A stretch of DNA of 64,000 nt from Entomortierella parvispora E1425 (taxonomy: Eukaryota > Fungi > Mortierellomycota), in contig BQFW01000007.1 in the NCBI GenBank assembly GCA_020891255.1, positions 806,001 to 870,000 of the forward strand. The letters run 5' to 3'. The notes beneath the pieces are model-generated. The model did no database searches and was not told the DNA's origin. It saw only the letters and a program-made list of their open reading frames with translations. Numbering within the stretch: the stretch's first letter is position 1; every line of letters begins with the position of its first letter. Made by a program: the position numbers and the translations under genes. Below, piece after piece: positions 1 to 12,570 of this stretch.

Positions 1-918
1 TTGTACTCGACAGTCTCGACGTTGAATCCTAGAAAGAGAATTCCAAAGCAATAAAGTATAATAAAACATGGTTAGCTACTCATGACTGCAGCAGAATAAT
101 CACATAAAAGGCCAACAAAAGTGGGTAGAGTAAGGTCCTGCATGGCCAAGCAGTCAGGGGGGAGACAAGTGAAAAAGGCCAAAATAAGGAAAAAATATAC
201 GTGGCAGATTTTTTTCAAGAGCACATCGTCTGCTCCTTGCTCGACAATGGAATGATTCGAAAGGGGTCTCCAGGACAAACTGCCATCTCGTGACCCTGGT
301 CTCCTCCATCCAGTGAGGTTCTCCATGGAGGAACGCAACAGCTATTCATCATCCATAGTTGCGCAGAGGGAGAGGAGATCCAGGAAGGCGATCGGGCAGC
401 GTGGTTCTCTCCTGGAGGGTGTCCCGATGACTTCAAACGAAGGATGAAAGGATCATGGCTCCACAGAGTGAACGAAAAGCACCAATAACAACAATAATAA
501 ACAGCCCGTTTGGCACAAACACAGTGAGATGGTGCAGTGACGCTCTGGTATGTGAGCACAGATGAAGAGGGGCAAGGGGACCTGAACTTCAATTCAAAAG
601 AAATGATGACGCGCGCGTGGGCCAAACCCAGAGAGGTCACCCGGCAGCGAGGGTGGCGCGGATGAGTGGGTTCCCTGGATGAACAGCCAGGACGCAAGAT
701 TCTCCAGACGAAAAGAACAGAGGCATAGATGATGACGAAGGATGAAGCACGGCCTCGACTTTGCACTTACCGATGGTGGGGATGGTGGTGACAATCTCGC
801 CAAGCTTGAGCTTGTAAAGAATGGTAGTTTTACCGGCAGCATCCAAACCGACCATAAGGATGCGCATCTCCTTCTTGCTGAAGAGGCCCGAGAGCAGCTT
901 TGAAATGGAAAGACCCAT
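1..918 (-). CDS. ARF1: ADP-ribosylation factor 1 (5' part; continues off the left edge)
   Basis: Exon 918-771 encodes MGLSISKLL...[27 protein letters not shown] and ends at a GTAAGT donor. After a TAG acceptor, exon 28-1 encodes (G)FNVETVEY in the correct phase. Gly2 myristoylation site and P-loop present. Confidence 0.97.
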
Positions 919-1757
919 GGTTGATGAGTGTGTGAGTGGTGATGGGGAGGGGAAGGGGAAAGGAACGAGTGATGAAAGAAGAGAGGAAATCGGATGATGA
1001 GCAGGGCGTCTTTATTCAGAAGAGAGCAGTCAGTTGTCCCGTGTGGTCCACCCACAGGCAGAGACACTGGGCTGGCTTGCTGGGCCGCAGTGGGATCTTT
1101 TTTCTTTTTTCGTGTCTCTGGCCATGTGCAACGTGGCCGTCCTTGATCGCATGTGCCTCCTTCCTTTGCTTTGTCTCTCTGTCTGTGCCCCCTCTGCTGC
1201 TCCTTTTTTTACGTGTCGCTCTTTCTTGTTCAGACTTGATTGTTGCCACTGAACGATGCTGCATCCCAGACCGTTCGCGCTTTGTGCTTTTTGTGTTGCC
1301 ACTACCGACGTCCACGCTTTCATTTTATTCCAACCATGGGCCTTGTTTTTTTTTACTCCCAGCTACACAGCGCCTCGTACGCTTCGTAGAGTACTGGCAC
1401 TGAAACGTGTCCACATCTTCTTCTGGCCCAGTCTTTGCTCCTCTTCACTCTCAAGACGTGCTGAGCCCTCCTTTTGCCACCACGGTCTCATTACTCCAAT
1501 CACCACTTCAACTCCTCCAGCTCTCGTCTTCCTCTCATCTCTTGCCACATGTCACATCTAGGATATCTAGCATATCCAGGATGTTGAATATATTATACAT
1601 TTCGATTCAGATAGAGCGGCTTCTTTTATGTAGGCCAAAAGGGCGGATGATATATTTTCTTTCTATTGGGTTGCTCTTTTTTGGAGTGGAGGGTGACTTC
1701 TGGTGGTATGGATTATTTTGTCGTCAAGGAGGAAAGAAGGGATTGAGAGAGACTGAT

Positions 1758-2527
1758 TTAAGCATCCTCCTCAGCAACGGCAGCGACCTTGGGGGAAGGT
1801 CCCTGAGCAGCCCACTTGGAGGTGCCCTAGAAATGGTCGAGAATAAAAGGAACAGAGGGTCAGTATCACAATTCTCGTTCTCAATTCCGATGTTATGTTC
1901 CTCCAAGGGAAACGTCCAGATTCTAAGGCCAATTCGATCCATGCTCGTGGGTCCATGATAGATGTAGTCCAATCCTTCCGGGTTTGTCCTCCCACATGCT
2001 ATTCGGGTGTGTCGGAAAAAACGCGCTCCTCGCTGATCCATATCTACCAGGAGGCAGGTTGGTGCCAAGAAAACGAAACGGGTGGCGTTCTGATAAAGAA
2101 AGCTAGTCTCCAGTCATCCTTCCACCATCGCCCCTTCGGATAAGCATCGGTCGAGAAGAACTTGTCAACGTTTTCGCGGTCCATGATCTGTTTCCTGCCT
2201 GTTGAGGATTGATTTCCGAAGCGCAGATCTACTTCCAAATGAGTGGTTTCCCGCTGTTCTTCATTAGCGAATCCTGTTGGGGTCTTCTTCTCATTGCCAC
2301 TCCCACAAAAAGGGGGCAGATGGACAGGACTCTAGGACGGTCGCTGAGGTTGTTTGGAGCCTTACATTGTACTCAGTGGCGAGGTACAAGATTCCGGCAG
2401 GGATGATAAGTCCGAGGATGCCAACGGTGCGGACGTTGCGGGCATTCCAGCGGAAGTGCTTGGCAGTGGACTCGCGCATGCGGATCCACTTCTCGACAGC
2501 GGGATCTTGTTGAAGGTAACCAGCCAT
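1758..2527 (-). CDS. NDUFB4: NADH:ubiquinone oxidoreductase B15 subunit (NDUFB4 family)
   Basis: Exon 2527-2366 encodes MAGYLQQDPAVEKWIRMRESTAKHFRWNARNVR plus a TM segment and ends at a GTAAGG donor. Exon 1826-1758 (GTSKWAAQGPSPKVAAVAEEDA*) follows a TTCTAG acceptor in phase 0. The DPA..W..MRE...HFRW pattern is typical of the family; exon 2 assignment is less certain. Confidence 0.82.
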
Positions 2528-2767
2528 TATGTATGATGTGAGTGAGGAAAAGTGATGCGAATAAATGGAGGACGATGGCCCTTTCAAACATCGATGTCCG
2601 GCGGGAGGGCCTCGCCCGGCCCCCGAAATGTCAACGTCACCGGAAAGTTTCGAGACGTGCATGTTATTTTCGGTGGCGACCTACAGCTTCCACATGTCAG
2701 GAGAAGGATAGATGCAATTCTTTTTATGATATTTGCTGGCATATACTGGATCAAAGGATCAAGTTGT

Positions 2768-4204
2768 CTATTCAATGATTTGAAGCTCCTGAGTGCGGCC
2801 GACAGCGTACTTGTCCTTGTAACGCTCCCAGATCGCCAACAGCTCGTCAATGTATTTCTTTTGAAGATCCTGGAGCTGTTCTGTCGTAGGTGCCCCCTCG
2901 ACCTTCTCCACATGGATGGGCTTTCCAATGACAATAAATACGGGCTTTCTTCTTGGCAAGAGACCAAATTCATCTGTTAAGGTAAAAGAAGAGTAGTCGG
3001 GGGTTGTTTTAGTAAGAGATCTGCCAGGACGAAGAGTGAGGACATGAGAGTAGGCACTGGTCACTTACAGTTAAAAATACCACGGCCATTGAACATGGGC
3101 ATGGTGAATCCCAGCATCTTCTTCATAAACTGCTGAATCTGATACGTCTTACTGGCATGGGTCGCACTGTACAACTCGTAAAGATCGTTCTCCCCAAAAG
3201 CCAGTGTGGGAACCAAACTTGCTCTACAGATACCAAAGGTGGATAAGAAGAGGGGTTAGACGTCAAGCAACAACAGTGCACTTGTTGCCTTTTGCTGACA
3301 CCTAGTCCGTATCCTGGATCCAGTTGAAATGACCTACCCATTAACCAGGGCCAACTTGATAAAGCCCAATCGCTTCTTGAGGGTCAAGTCCAAAGTGCCA
3401 GGCTTGGCAGCCAAACTCTCCTGAGCGCCTCCGACCACGATTGCGATCGAGTTTCCAAGTCCAGATTTCAAAATGTATTCACAAGATTCCTTCGAGACCG
3501 AGGCACAACCATGAGCCATGATGTAGTCGCGATAGAACGGAATCTGAAAGTTGGACTGCAACGTCAGCAATCGAGGCACAATGCCGGGGAAACGTTTCGA
3601 AAAGTTGAGACCCTCGGTCGCAAAAGTACAGAAAGCTCCAAGAGAAATGATGCCGTGAGGGTGATATCCAAAAATGTAGTTCTTGGATGGATCCAAGTCT
3701 CCTTCCTAATAAAAATGAACAACAGAAAGGTAGCACAAGCAAAATGAGTGAATAAATCAAAACCTGTTTGGATGTGCTTCCAGCCATGTGTCCTCACAAT
3801 GCACTTTTTTCGCTCATAATGCTCGTTTTCTTTACCTTGATAAGGGTCATGGGGAAGTACTGGGCAAAGTAGGGCCAGCCAACCCAGTTTCGCCACCAAC
3901 TGAACCTCCGTCCTCCCTTCTCTGGTGCCTGATCAAACATCAAGATCCAAAGCAAATAGATAATGATCAATGGCCAGAGATACTTGATTGTGCAGAGGTA
4001 GAAGAAGGACATGGTGCAGACAGCCAAGGCCGAGATCCAAATCAAAACTGCTCCAGTTTGAAGACGACGCCTGATCGGCAGTCGAATGGGTGCAAACAGA
4101 GGCATGTGGGTATTGGTGATAGTGGCAGAGGTGGCGCCGTTGGACTTTTCAGAGGCAATCGGTGCCGGTGAAGCTGTTGCTAGTGTGGGCGTATCTGATG
4201 ACAT
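2768..4204 (-). CDS. DGAT2: Diacylglycerol O-acyltransferase 2 (DGAT2B-like), 4 exons
   Basis: YFP motif (AQYFPMTLIK), HPHG motif (FGYHPHGIISLG), GGAQESL, RLGFIKLAL, FGENDLY and GLLPRRKP. GT-AG introns near 3835-3707, 3339-3230 and 3068-2978. Confidence 0.95.
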
Positions 4205-5261
4205 GGCTGATGTATAATGTGGAGTTGCACTCCAGGGACGTGAACCAAAAAACTAGAGTCGTGGTTGGACGAAAGTGTATAGTCAAAGAGGAGAGAGTTC
4301 CTTGTTCCGTCCGTGTTCCTGTGGACAAGGTCGATCGATTGAAGTGAAGGATGAAAGTGAATGGGTGAATGAATGTATGAAACAGAAAAAGAAAGTAGAA
4401 AAAAAAAAAAGAAAAAGAAAAAGAATTAGAATGAGAATGCAGGGCTGGAATATATATGCGACACAATTGAGTTCGACATGACGCTGACCGTTCACCTTCA
4501 GGTGCTTTTCTTGTGTCAGTCCAAGACATCCAGCACACGCAGGATGAACGGACAAGCAGCAAAAAATAAAAAGCCAAGGGCTCAATCGAGTGTGTGTCGC
4601 CGAAGATAGCGCGGTCCATCCTCCACCCTTCTGAAAGGCCGACAGGGCGTGCAAGACCCACAGAGATTTCCAGAGCTGTGATGTGATCGGACCACCAAAA
4701 AAACATTTTTATTTTTTCGTCTGGAAAAATGGAGTGCCGTTCTCTCGCCCTTCCACGGTTTCTGACCTAAGTCTTGCTCCGTCCACAACCATGTGAAGAT
4801 GGGCTGCTTTTCATCTTTTCGGTCTCACGTCCTGGTACGTCGCAGGCTCTCCCTCGATCACACCACATGCCAAGATCGCCCTGTCTCCATCGGGGCCTGG
4901 ATACTTTGATTAAACTCCTCTTTGTGAACAAACACATGAAGATGCACGGTTGTGCGTGCACGCTCCAGGCACCGATCCCTATTTAGCCTCTGCCACATAG
5001 AGATAAGATCTGGCACCGTTTGTCGTCCATCAGGACTCTTGCTGCAACTTTTTTTGAGGGCTTTGTGTTTATTATTTGTAGGCTGAAGGGCGCCATGTGT
5101 GTTCGTTCTTCATCATTTCCTCTTTCCTCTTTCCTCTTTCCTCTTCCCTCTTCCCTTTGCAACCCTGAATCTATGTAATATTGGTCTGCCATTACTTCCA
5201 CCGCTCCTCCTCCCTCCCGCTGTCAATGAGATAATAATGCAATTGTTTGTTCTTTTTCAAT

Positions 5262-7772
5262 TTAGAGAATCATGGTCTCGGGGTTCTCGACATAGTAGGA
5301 CAGACGACCCAAGAACCGACCAGCAACCTCAGTGTCGACAACACGCTCGTCAATGCTTAAGGTCACACTCACAACCTGCGACTGCTCAAGAGTAGGGCGA
5401 AGGCGTCGAAGAACCTCATCACCAAGGGCGGATTCTGAGGACGATGTTGACTTCTTCTTCAAGGGCTTGTTGCCGCCCAAAAAGTCAATCAAATCCAGGT
5501 CATCGTTGGAGGTCTTCTTTTGTGGTGATGATGATGAGCTGATCTTCTTGCTCTGTCCTCCCAAATAATCAAAGATCTCCGAGTCGGCAACAAAGTCGGT
5601 TTCCTCCACTGCTGAGGGCTTGAGCACTGTGCGGGCTCCGCCGACAGCCAAGATGCTGGACTGAGGAAGGTTGATGATGGCGGTAAAGTTGCTCACTCCA
5701 AACATTCCCAAGTTGGAAACACTAACAAAAAGAGAAAAGAGGTGAGTATTCATATATCTATATATCTAGCAGCCGTTCATGTAAGGGAATAATAGAGATA
5801 GCCAGCCGAAAACTCGATCTTACCTGAAAGATCCGCCCTGGTACTCCTCGGGCTTGAGCTTGTTCTTCTTGGCCTTGTCAGCCAACTCTCTCATGGCCAA
5901 AGAAACAGACTGGATACCGCGGCCATCAGCTCCCTTGATGATAGGCGTGATCAGTCCAGTAGGGGTTGCAACAGCCACGGAAATGTCAATGTTCTTCAAC
6001 TGTTTGGTGTTGTCGCCCGATGCAAATTGAACGTTAGACTCGGGAACATCACGGAGAGCCAAGGATGCAGCCTTGATAATAAAGTCATTGACCGACACCT
6101 TGACCTCAAACTCGTCTGTGGTAGATAATGCACCAAGGGATGTTAGAAATATCCTTTTTTTACCACCCAGATACTTTTAAAGGCACAAATAACTTACCAG
6201 CCAAGGCACGACGAAGCTTCATCATGTTGTCAATGACAATGTCGCGAGTAACATACGAGTGAGGGATGGTGGTCTTGGACTCGCTCAAGCGGGAGGCAAT
6301 AACCTTACGCATGTTAGAGGTAGGAGCATCAGTGAAGGCTGCTCCGGGGGCAGGAGCAGGAGCAGCAGCACCCTTAGCAGGGGCTGCAGGGGAGAGAGTC
6401 TTTGGCTGAGGAATGGTGGGCTCTGGTGCAGGGCGAGCCTTGATCTTGCCCAAGAAGGCAAGAACGTCTCCCTTCAAGACACGACCCTTGGGACCAGTAG
6501 CAGGGACCTTGGTAACGTCCGTGATATGGTTCTGAAGAAGCAAATGAGCGACGGCGGGCGAGAGAAGGTTTGAGGATGAGGTTGAAGCAGTCTGGGGTGT
6601 GTGCTGGGTCTCCTGCTTGGGAGCTAAGAGAACATAAAAATGAATGATACGCGTCAGCAACTTATCCCTGTTCATGGGAGTACTCCGTCCAGGTCATGAA
6701 ATCAACAATTGTTGTGATCGCGTGCATGCCATCGGCAGAGAGGCGCTGTCGCTTCAATGGAGGGTATTCCTTTGATGTGTCCCGAGCGTCCTGTCTATGC
6801 CTCATCGTTGTTCAAGAAGACTCACCAGCGGCCTCCTTCTTCTCTTCCTTGGCGGGAGCAGCTTCGGCTTTTGGTGCAGCGGCAGACTTGGGGACCTCCA
6901 CCTTGGACAGGTCATCACCCTCCTCAGCCAAAAGTGCAATGATGTCATTCACAGCGACCTTGGATCCATCGGGGTGCTACACATCAACAGAACGAAGTAC
7001 GTGGATAAATATTCCAAAGGAGAGAGAAATGTTAGTTTGACAAATCTCTTTCCTTTCTTTTGTCAACCCATGGTTGCTTGACGCGACAAAAAGATAGAAA
7101 TCAGATCCATGTAAAATAACGCGTGGGAAAGATGTTGGGGACAGGGGGGGCTCATCATTTGTCCAGATCTGCTCATTTCAATCCACTTGCCAAAATCTTT
7201 GCGAGGACACCGTCCTCGACCGCCTCAACATCCATGCCAGCCTTGTCAGTCTCGATCTCCAAGAGAACATCGCCAGCAGCGACAACATCGCCTACAATGA
7301 GAGAAGAAAGGTAGAGGGAACAGAAACGTGCCAAGGGGATGTAACATTATGATATCAGCGGTCCGTCAATACGATAAGATAAGAAATCATTGCTCTGTCC
7401 TGTTGTCGTTCCTTCGACTTTTGTCAAGAATGAGGTATACAACAAAAGGTCGTCAGGGGCGGGATTGTCTATATTACCCTCCTTCTTCTTCCAAGCAGTG
7501 ATGGTTCCCTCAGTCATGGTGGGCGACAATGCAGGCATGGTCAAGGTAGTGGTGGCGTGCTGGATAGCGGCAGCATGGAAGTCTAGATTGTGAACAGAAA
7601 AAGTTGTTTAGTCCTGGGAATGTTGTTCTCTCAAAGCAGGATCGCGAGCCATGAGATCTCCACGGTCTGGCGGAAGGGTAGGACCGATGTGATCTCTCCA
7701 GGGAAGGACAAAGGAATTACATTTCACGCCAGCGACAGAGCGCATGGCCAATGTCTTTGAGAGGCTAAGCAT
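5262..7772 (-). CDS. PDX1: Pyruvate dehydrogenase complex E3-binding protein (protein X), multi-exon
   Basis: Mitochondrial presequence ([17 protein letters not shown]), lipoyl domain ([11 protein letters not shown]...[12 protein letters not shown]), peripheral subunit-binding domain ([14 protein letters not shown]) and E2-like C-terminal domain. The catalytic DHR is replaced by DER (LSIDERVVD), indicating E3BP rather than E2. Confidence 0.9.
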
Positions 7773-8561
7773 GGCGTGTGTAAGTATATGTTGAGAGGGC
7801 GGGAGAAGGGAGGGTAGGATGAAGGGATGAATGGGAAGAATAGAAGGAGAGGAGGGAGGTGAATTGTGGGAATGAAGAGAGGTAAGGCAGGAAGGAAAGA
7901 AAGAGAGAGAGAGAGAGAGAGCGAATGGAACTGAATGAATGAATGAATGAAATGAATGAATGCGCGGGCAACGAGTTCCGACCCTGTCTCTGTCCTTCTC
8001 TCTGTTGCCTGCTGGCCCTGCGTGTGTTCGTTTTGGGTGCAGATACATATGTGGGTTGTGCGCTGTTGTGCGCTGTTGCGCTCTGTTGGCTGTCTGTAAA
8101 TCATAAACAAATCCAAAAAAAAATAAAAAAAATCACTTATCGCAGTGCTGATCTGCACCCTCCTCCGCTCTCTTTGCGTGGGTGCGCCGTGTGGGTGCGG
8201 AACCCTAATCAGGTTTGATTTTGATTTCCTCTCCTCCCCTGCCACGCCCCAAGGATTTTGCCCTTTCGGGGACCGCCGCTTGCACCGCTCGCTCCGAGAA
8301 CGACCGACCGCTTTTTTTTTCATCTTCCTCACTGTCTGCTCTTGCTCTGTAGGACCGTATATGTTCGTTCCTCCTGCTCTCACCCTCTCTTTCTCTCCAC
8401 GAACGTTCGAGGTGCGGGCAGGCAAGGGTTCACAAAAACACGGCTCATAGAAAAAACAACCTCTTTCAACCCACGGATTTATTTCAAAAAAAAAAAAAAG
8501 AATAAAGCAGCTATATTCCCATCCTCAGGAGTAGAAACCCAAAAAAAGGGTGTCCATCAAC

Positions 8562-10537
8562 TTACTCGTCGTCCTCCTCGTCCTCCTCCTCCTCGTCGCT
8601 CGCATTCTTGAGCCAATGGATGAAAGGATCCATCTGCTTCATGAACACAGTGCGTCCCTGGGTCTTGGATCCTTTCTCAGCCCAGTACAAGATCGCACTC
8701 TCAGACAAAACATCGTTCTTGTACAGCAATTGGGTCACGGCGCGGAACTGCTTGATAAATCGAGCATCCTCGTAAAAGTTGACTTGCATCGTCTGCAGCA
8801 GCGCAATCTCTGTCTTGGGTGAGGTGCAAAAGGCAGCAAGCAGCTTACTGTGCTGCTGGACCTGCTTCAAGATCTGGTTATCAATCTGGTCCACGCGCGT
8901 GCCCCAATCCACAGAGGCCATCATGCCCGCCCACACCAAAGGGATGAATTCGGCCTCAGTCAAACCAATGTCCTTGCTCTCCGTCTTGAGGAAGGCAATA
9001 CACTACAAAATCAAACAAGTAGAAAAAGTCATTGAAGTGTGAGAAAATATATGAGGCATTCGAGTTGGCTTGTACGACAAATTATCGGATTCCTTACCTC
9101 GGGGATCTTGCCCTCCTCCAAGAGAGTCTTGACGTGCTCGACTATGGTTTCTTTTCGAAGGAAGAGCTGTTTCTTGGTCTGGAAAGTGACCAATAGCTTC
9201 ATGTCCTCAGCCGCAAAGTGACGCGCAAAGCTCTCCTCGTCACGTTTGTTAGGTGGAAAGAAATCCAAGAGCCGCTCGCTCATGCCGGCCTTGCTGAGGT
9301 TCAGTCCAAACTGGTCCACAGACTGGTCCAACAGACAGGTCTTGAATACAGTGGTGACAAATTGAAGGGACAAACCTGGAATGACAAAAAACAACGGTCA
9401 TGAGTCACAAGCAGCTTGAAAGGAAAAGGAAGAGCACCCTCCGCCCTTTCTATTCTCATTTGGAGGTCAAAACACCACACATAGAGAGGACTTCAACTCA
9501 CCTTCTTTGACCAAATGCTCCTTGAACAAGACCGAAAGGACGCTCAAGGTGGCCAGGCCAGAGGAGCAAAAGAGGCCAGTTGCCAAGGCCAATTTGTTGG
9601 TATCTTCGGTAGTAAATTTGTTGATGTGCTGCAACAAGTTCATCAGGGTATCTTCAAAGCCGCGCTGCAAGTACTTGTAGCGGCGCATGAGCTTGTGAAA
9701 AACATCGACATGTTTCTTGATACTAGCAAGATCATCCTGCGCTTGAAAAATGCTGAATGGACTGGATGGTGTTCCGTCTTCAAGAAAAGTACCACCGGGA
9801 GCTAAATGCCAAAAAAAAAGAAAAAAAAAAGGAAACACACGAGGTGGTTGATGAAAGAGCATCAGTAAAATTGTCCGTGTACTCTCAAATTTGGATCCAT
9901 ATGAGCTTGGACTCAAAGCGACCACACCAGGGTGAGGAAGTTTTTTTGATCTTCCTTTGCGCTTCTCTTCTTGCTCTACTTACCAAGGAGGCGACCAACG
10001 ATCAGAATTTCGAAAAGTGTTTCGGCGTATCTTCTGTATTCTAAAGTGTTTCCCGCGGCATCCAGCTTTGCAGAAATTTCGTCGAGATTGCCAGGAGTGG
10101 CCGAGGAGAGGACAGCTATGAAAGCGTCGCGGAAAACTGATAGTAAAAAAAAAAAAAAAAAAAATAGAGAAAAAAGGGGTGTTAGTAATATGAACAGGGC
10201 CTGTTTTGAGCAACAAGGAGACAGCTTGATGGTGCTTTGATGGGGAAAGTGGAGAGGGGTTCCTCACCTGTGGGTTCGAACTTGGCTGTGGCTTTTTGGA
10301 CGCCCTATTGTCAGATGTGTGGGATGTCGACGGTTAACAGGTCTGATTGTGGACATAGATAAGCAGTGTCATGAGCTTGGGACGATCTACGTTCGAGTCC
10401 CTACCTTGCGAGTTCTGATCTTGACACCTTGAAGGGAGGGCTACATGATATTGTTGAACTTTAGTCCAGCGGCCGCTTTCGAGACAAAAACAGAGTCTGG
10501 GCGATAGGCCTACCTTTGCATTCGCCTGAGTACTCAT
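8562..10537 (-). CDS. BZW1: eIF5-mimic protein (BZW/5MP), W2-domain protein, 7 exons
   Basis: Small exons splice to MSTQANAK|PSLQGVKIRTRK|GVQKATAKFEPT. These are followed by LEYRRYAETLFEIL, APGGT, KLMRRYKYL, and a C-terminal W2 domain with AA-boxes (YKNDVLSESAILYW; FIHWLKNASDEEE). Confidence 0.93.
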
Positions 10538-12570
10538 AAATGACAAGGGTGGGTGCTTTCCTTTCTACTTGGCGCGAGTGTGTATGCGTGTGGTGCGGGG
10601 AGGAAGTAGTGCAGTGTCGGCGGTATTGAAGGAGTGTGAGGGTGGATGGGAGAAAGAGAGAGAAAGGGGGAAAGCAAAAGGAAGGCATTGCGCGCCTTCT
10701 TCCAATCCAATCATCGCTCTCCTTCGCTGAGCCACCCGCAGGGAGAATATCATGTGACCCTTTTTTTTTGTCTCGTGTCCTTTGCCACCAATTTGGAGAG
10801 GTCGTCATTCTGCTGGTGGAGACAGTCATCGTCACAAGGAAGCTCGAGAGGTTCACACAGCTGCATAGAATACATATGTATATCATTTTCACCTCAGCTT
10901 GGGCGGTGTTGTCAAAGGATCCAGAATTAGAGATCCTCCTTCGATCTGGTTTTGGCGGAATATGAAGTCAAGATGAATGTTACCGAGTTTTGACTGCAAA
11001 ATCAGGCGCCGCCCTGGTGAGCATTGGACAAACATCCCTTCAGTCTTACTTCTGGTGTGCATATTCTTCAATAGGAGTATTAGTTTAAAGCAGAGAGTAA
11101 AGTAGTGTAGAATGTAGATGGATATCTTACAATCAAGCTTCAAGAGGTATTCCAGAGCAGTTCTATGTCTGACGATCAAAAGAGAACTGGGTATGGTGAC
11201 ATACGCGTTTCCTAGGTGAATCGGTTGTGTTGCTCACATCACAAACAGGAATTGCTGTTGAGGGATATACATGTATGCAGGCCAGTCAATAGGGGGGGAC
11301 GAGAGAAGGGACCCACGCCAAGATCCAGCCCCGTTCCCTTGGCCTGCGCTGTGACGAAAGCGGAGAAAGGCCTTTATCCCGTCCAAAGTACCACAGGGAC
11401 ACAAACGCAAGGTTCAAGATGCAAGAAGCGAGGGAAGGGCCAATCCACCACATCTGCAGCTCGCGTGGTGTGTTTTTTCCAGGGCATCAGCACCAAAAAT
11501 AACCTTTGCGAGGGCGGCGCATTCGATTGGATGTCGTCGAACGTTTGGTAGCCAATCAGAGCGAGAATTTCAAACATGCGGAAGGGTCGTGGAATTCTGT
11601 TGGATTGCGGGTCATTTCGTTGTTTTCGATCACAGCAAACGAACAGCGCTCCATCTGGTTGTCTCGACCTTGTTTGTTCCTGTTTGTGATGAATTGGGCC
11701 AAAAGGAGGTCAAAGACTCCTCCCCAACTGGTCAATTGTTCTTCCGGACAGAAACAGGCCAGTCTCCTCGAGTCAGGTCAGCGCAATATTTCCAGGGGTT
11801 GGTTCTTGATGAATCCGGTCAACACGAGGTCGGATGGACAGCGATCTGAGGTCTGAAAAAGGAAGTACCAATCTGACCATCATTAATGATGATGAGAAAA
11901 GAGCAGTAGAGAATAGATTGATTGCGCTCCTCGAGTCCTGAATTGACGTTTTGTCGAACTGCCTGCTCTCTCGGTCTTACACCTGCATATTTTTGATGAG
12001 GCACTTTCTGGCTGTCCGTTTGGGGAGACCAGGCGGTCCACCTGAGTGTGGATGACGGTCTGCTGTGAGAGGGGGTGATCATCAATCACGTCTATGATGG
12101 CTGGCGCTTGGTCAGCTTACAACACAACGCGAGCAACATGACACCAAAAAAAAAGTTGATCTAAAGCAGGGGTCCTCTCGCACTATATTTCGTATTGGCG
12201 AAGGGAGAAAATTGGACCGACCGACTTTGGGGCCATGATGAACCTTGAGCCGGACATTAGAGACGGAAAAAGAAAATAAAAACAGATCCCACACATAAAA
12301 GCACCGGCTGTTTCGCCCTTCCCCCCTCTCTTTTTTTCTCTTTCTCTCTCTTTTTCTTCTTTCCTGTCTCTCACCCCCAAAGCTATCGTCCTTTCTTCTG
12401 GCACCCTCTTCCCCTGCCGAAACTTGAACTTGTCGTCTTTCTCTTCCAAAACGACAGTAGAGCTCTATACTCACATACACTCATACACTCATTACTGCAT
12501 TCATCTTTCCTGAGTCCGTCACCGATCCACCTCCCCCTGCATCACACTTGCTTCATACATACATACGACC

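Noticed and set aside
6149-6157. ATATCCTTT, the U12-type (AT-AC) donor consensus
   Set aside because: It lies on the strand opposite PDX1, inside an ordinary GT-AG intron with a CTAAC branch point. No U12 intron was found in any model.
6630-6826. Possible TPP riboswitch or H/ACA snoRNA in a PDX1 intron
   Set aside because: The conserved TPP core (CUGAGA; CCUGA...AAU...GCGNAGGGA) is absent, and the H/ACA-like hairpins are weak.
7101-7158. Box C (ATGATGA) and box D (CTGA) on the minus strand in the PDX1 GC-AG intron
   Set aside because: Only about 58 nt apart, with no terminal stem, no C'/D' boxes and no recognisable rRNA complementarity.
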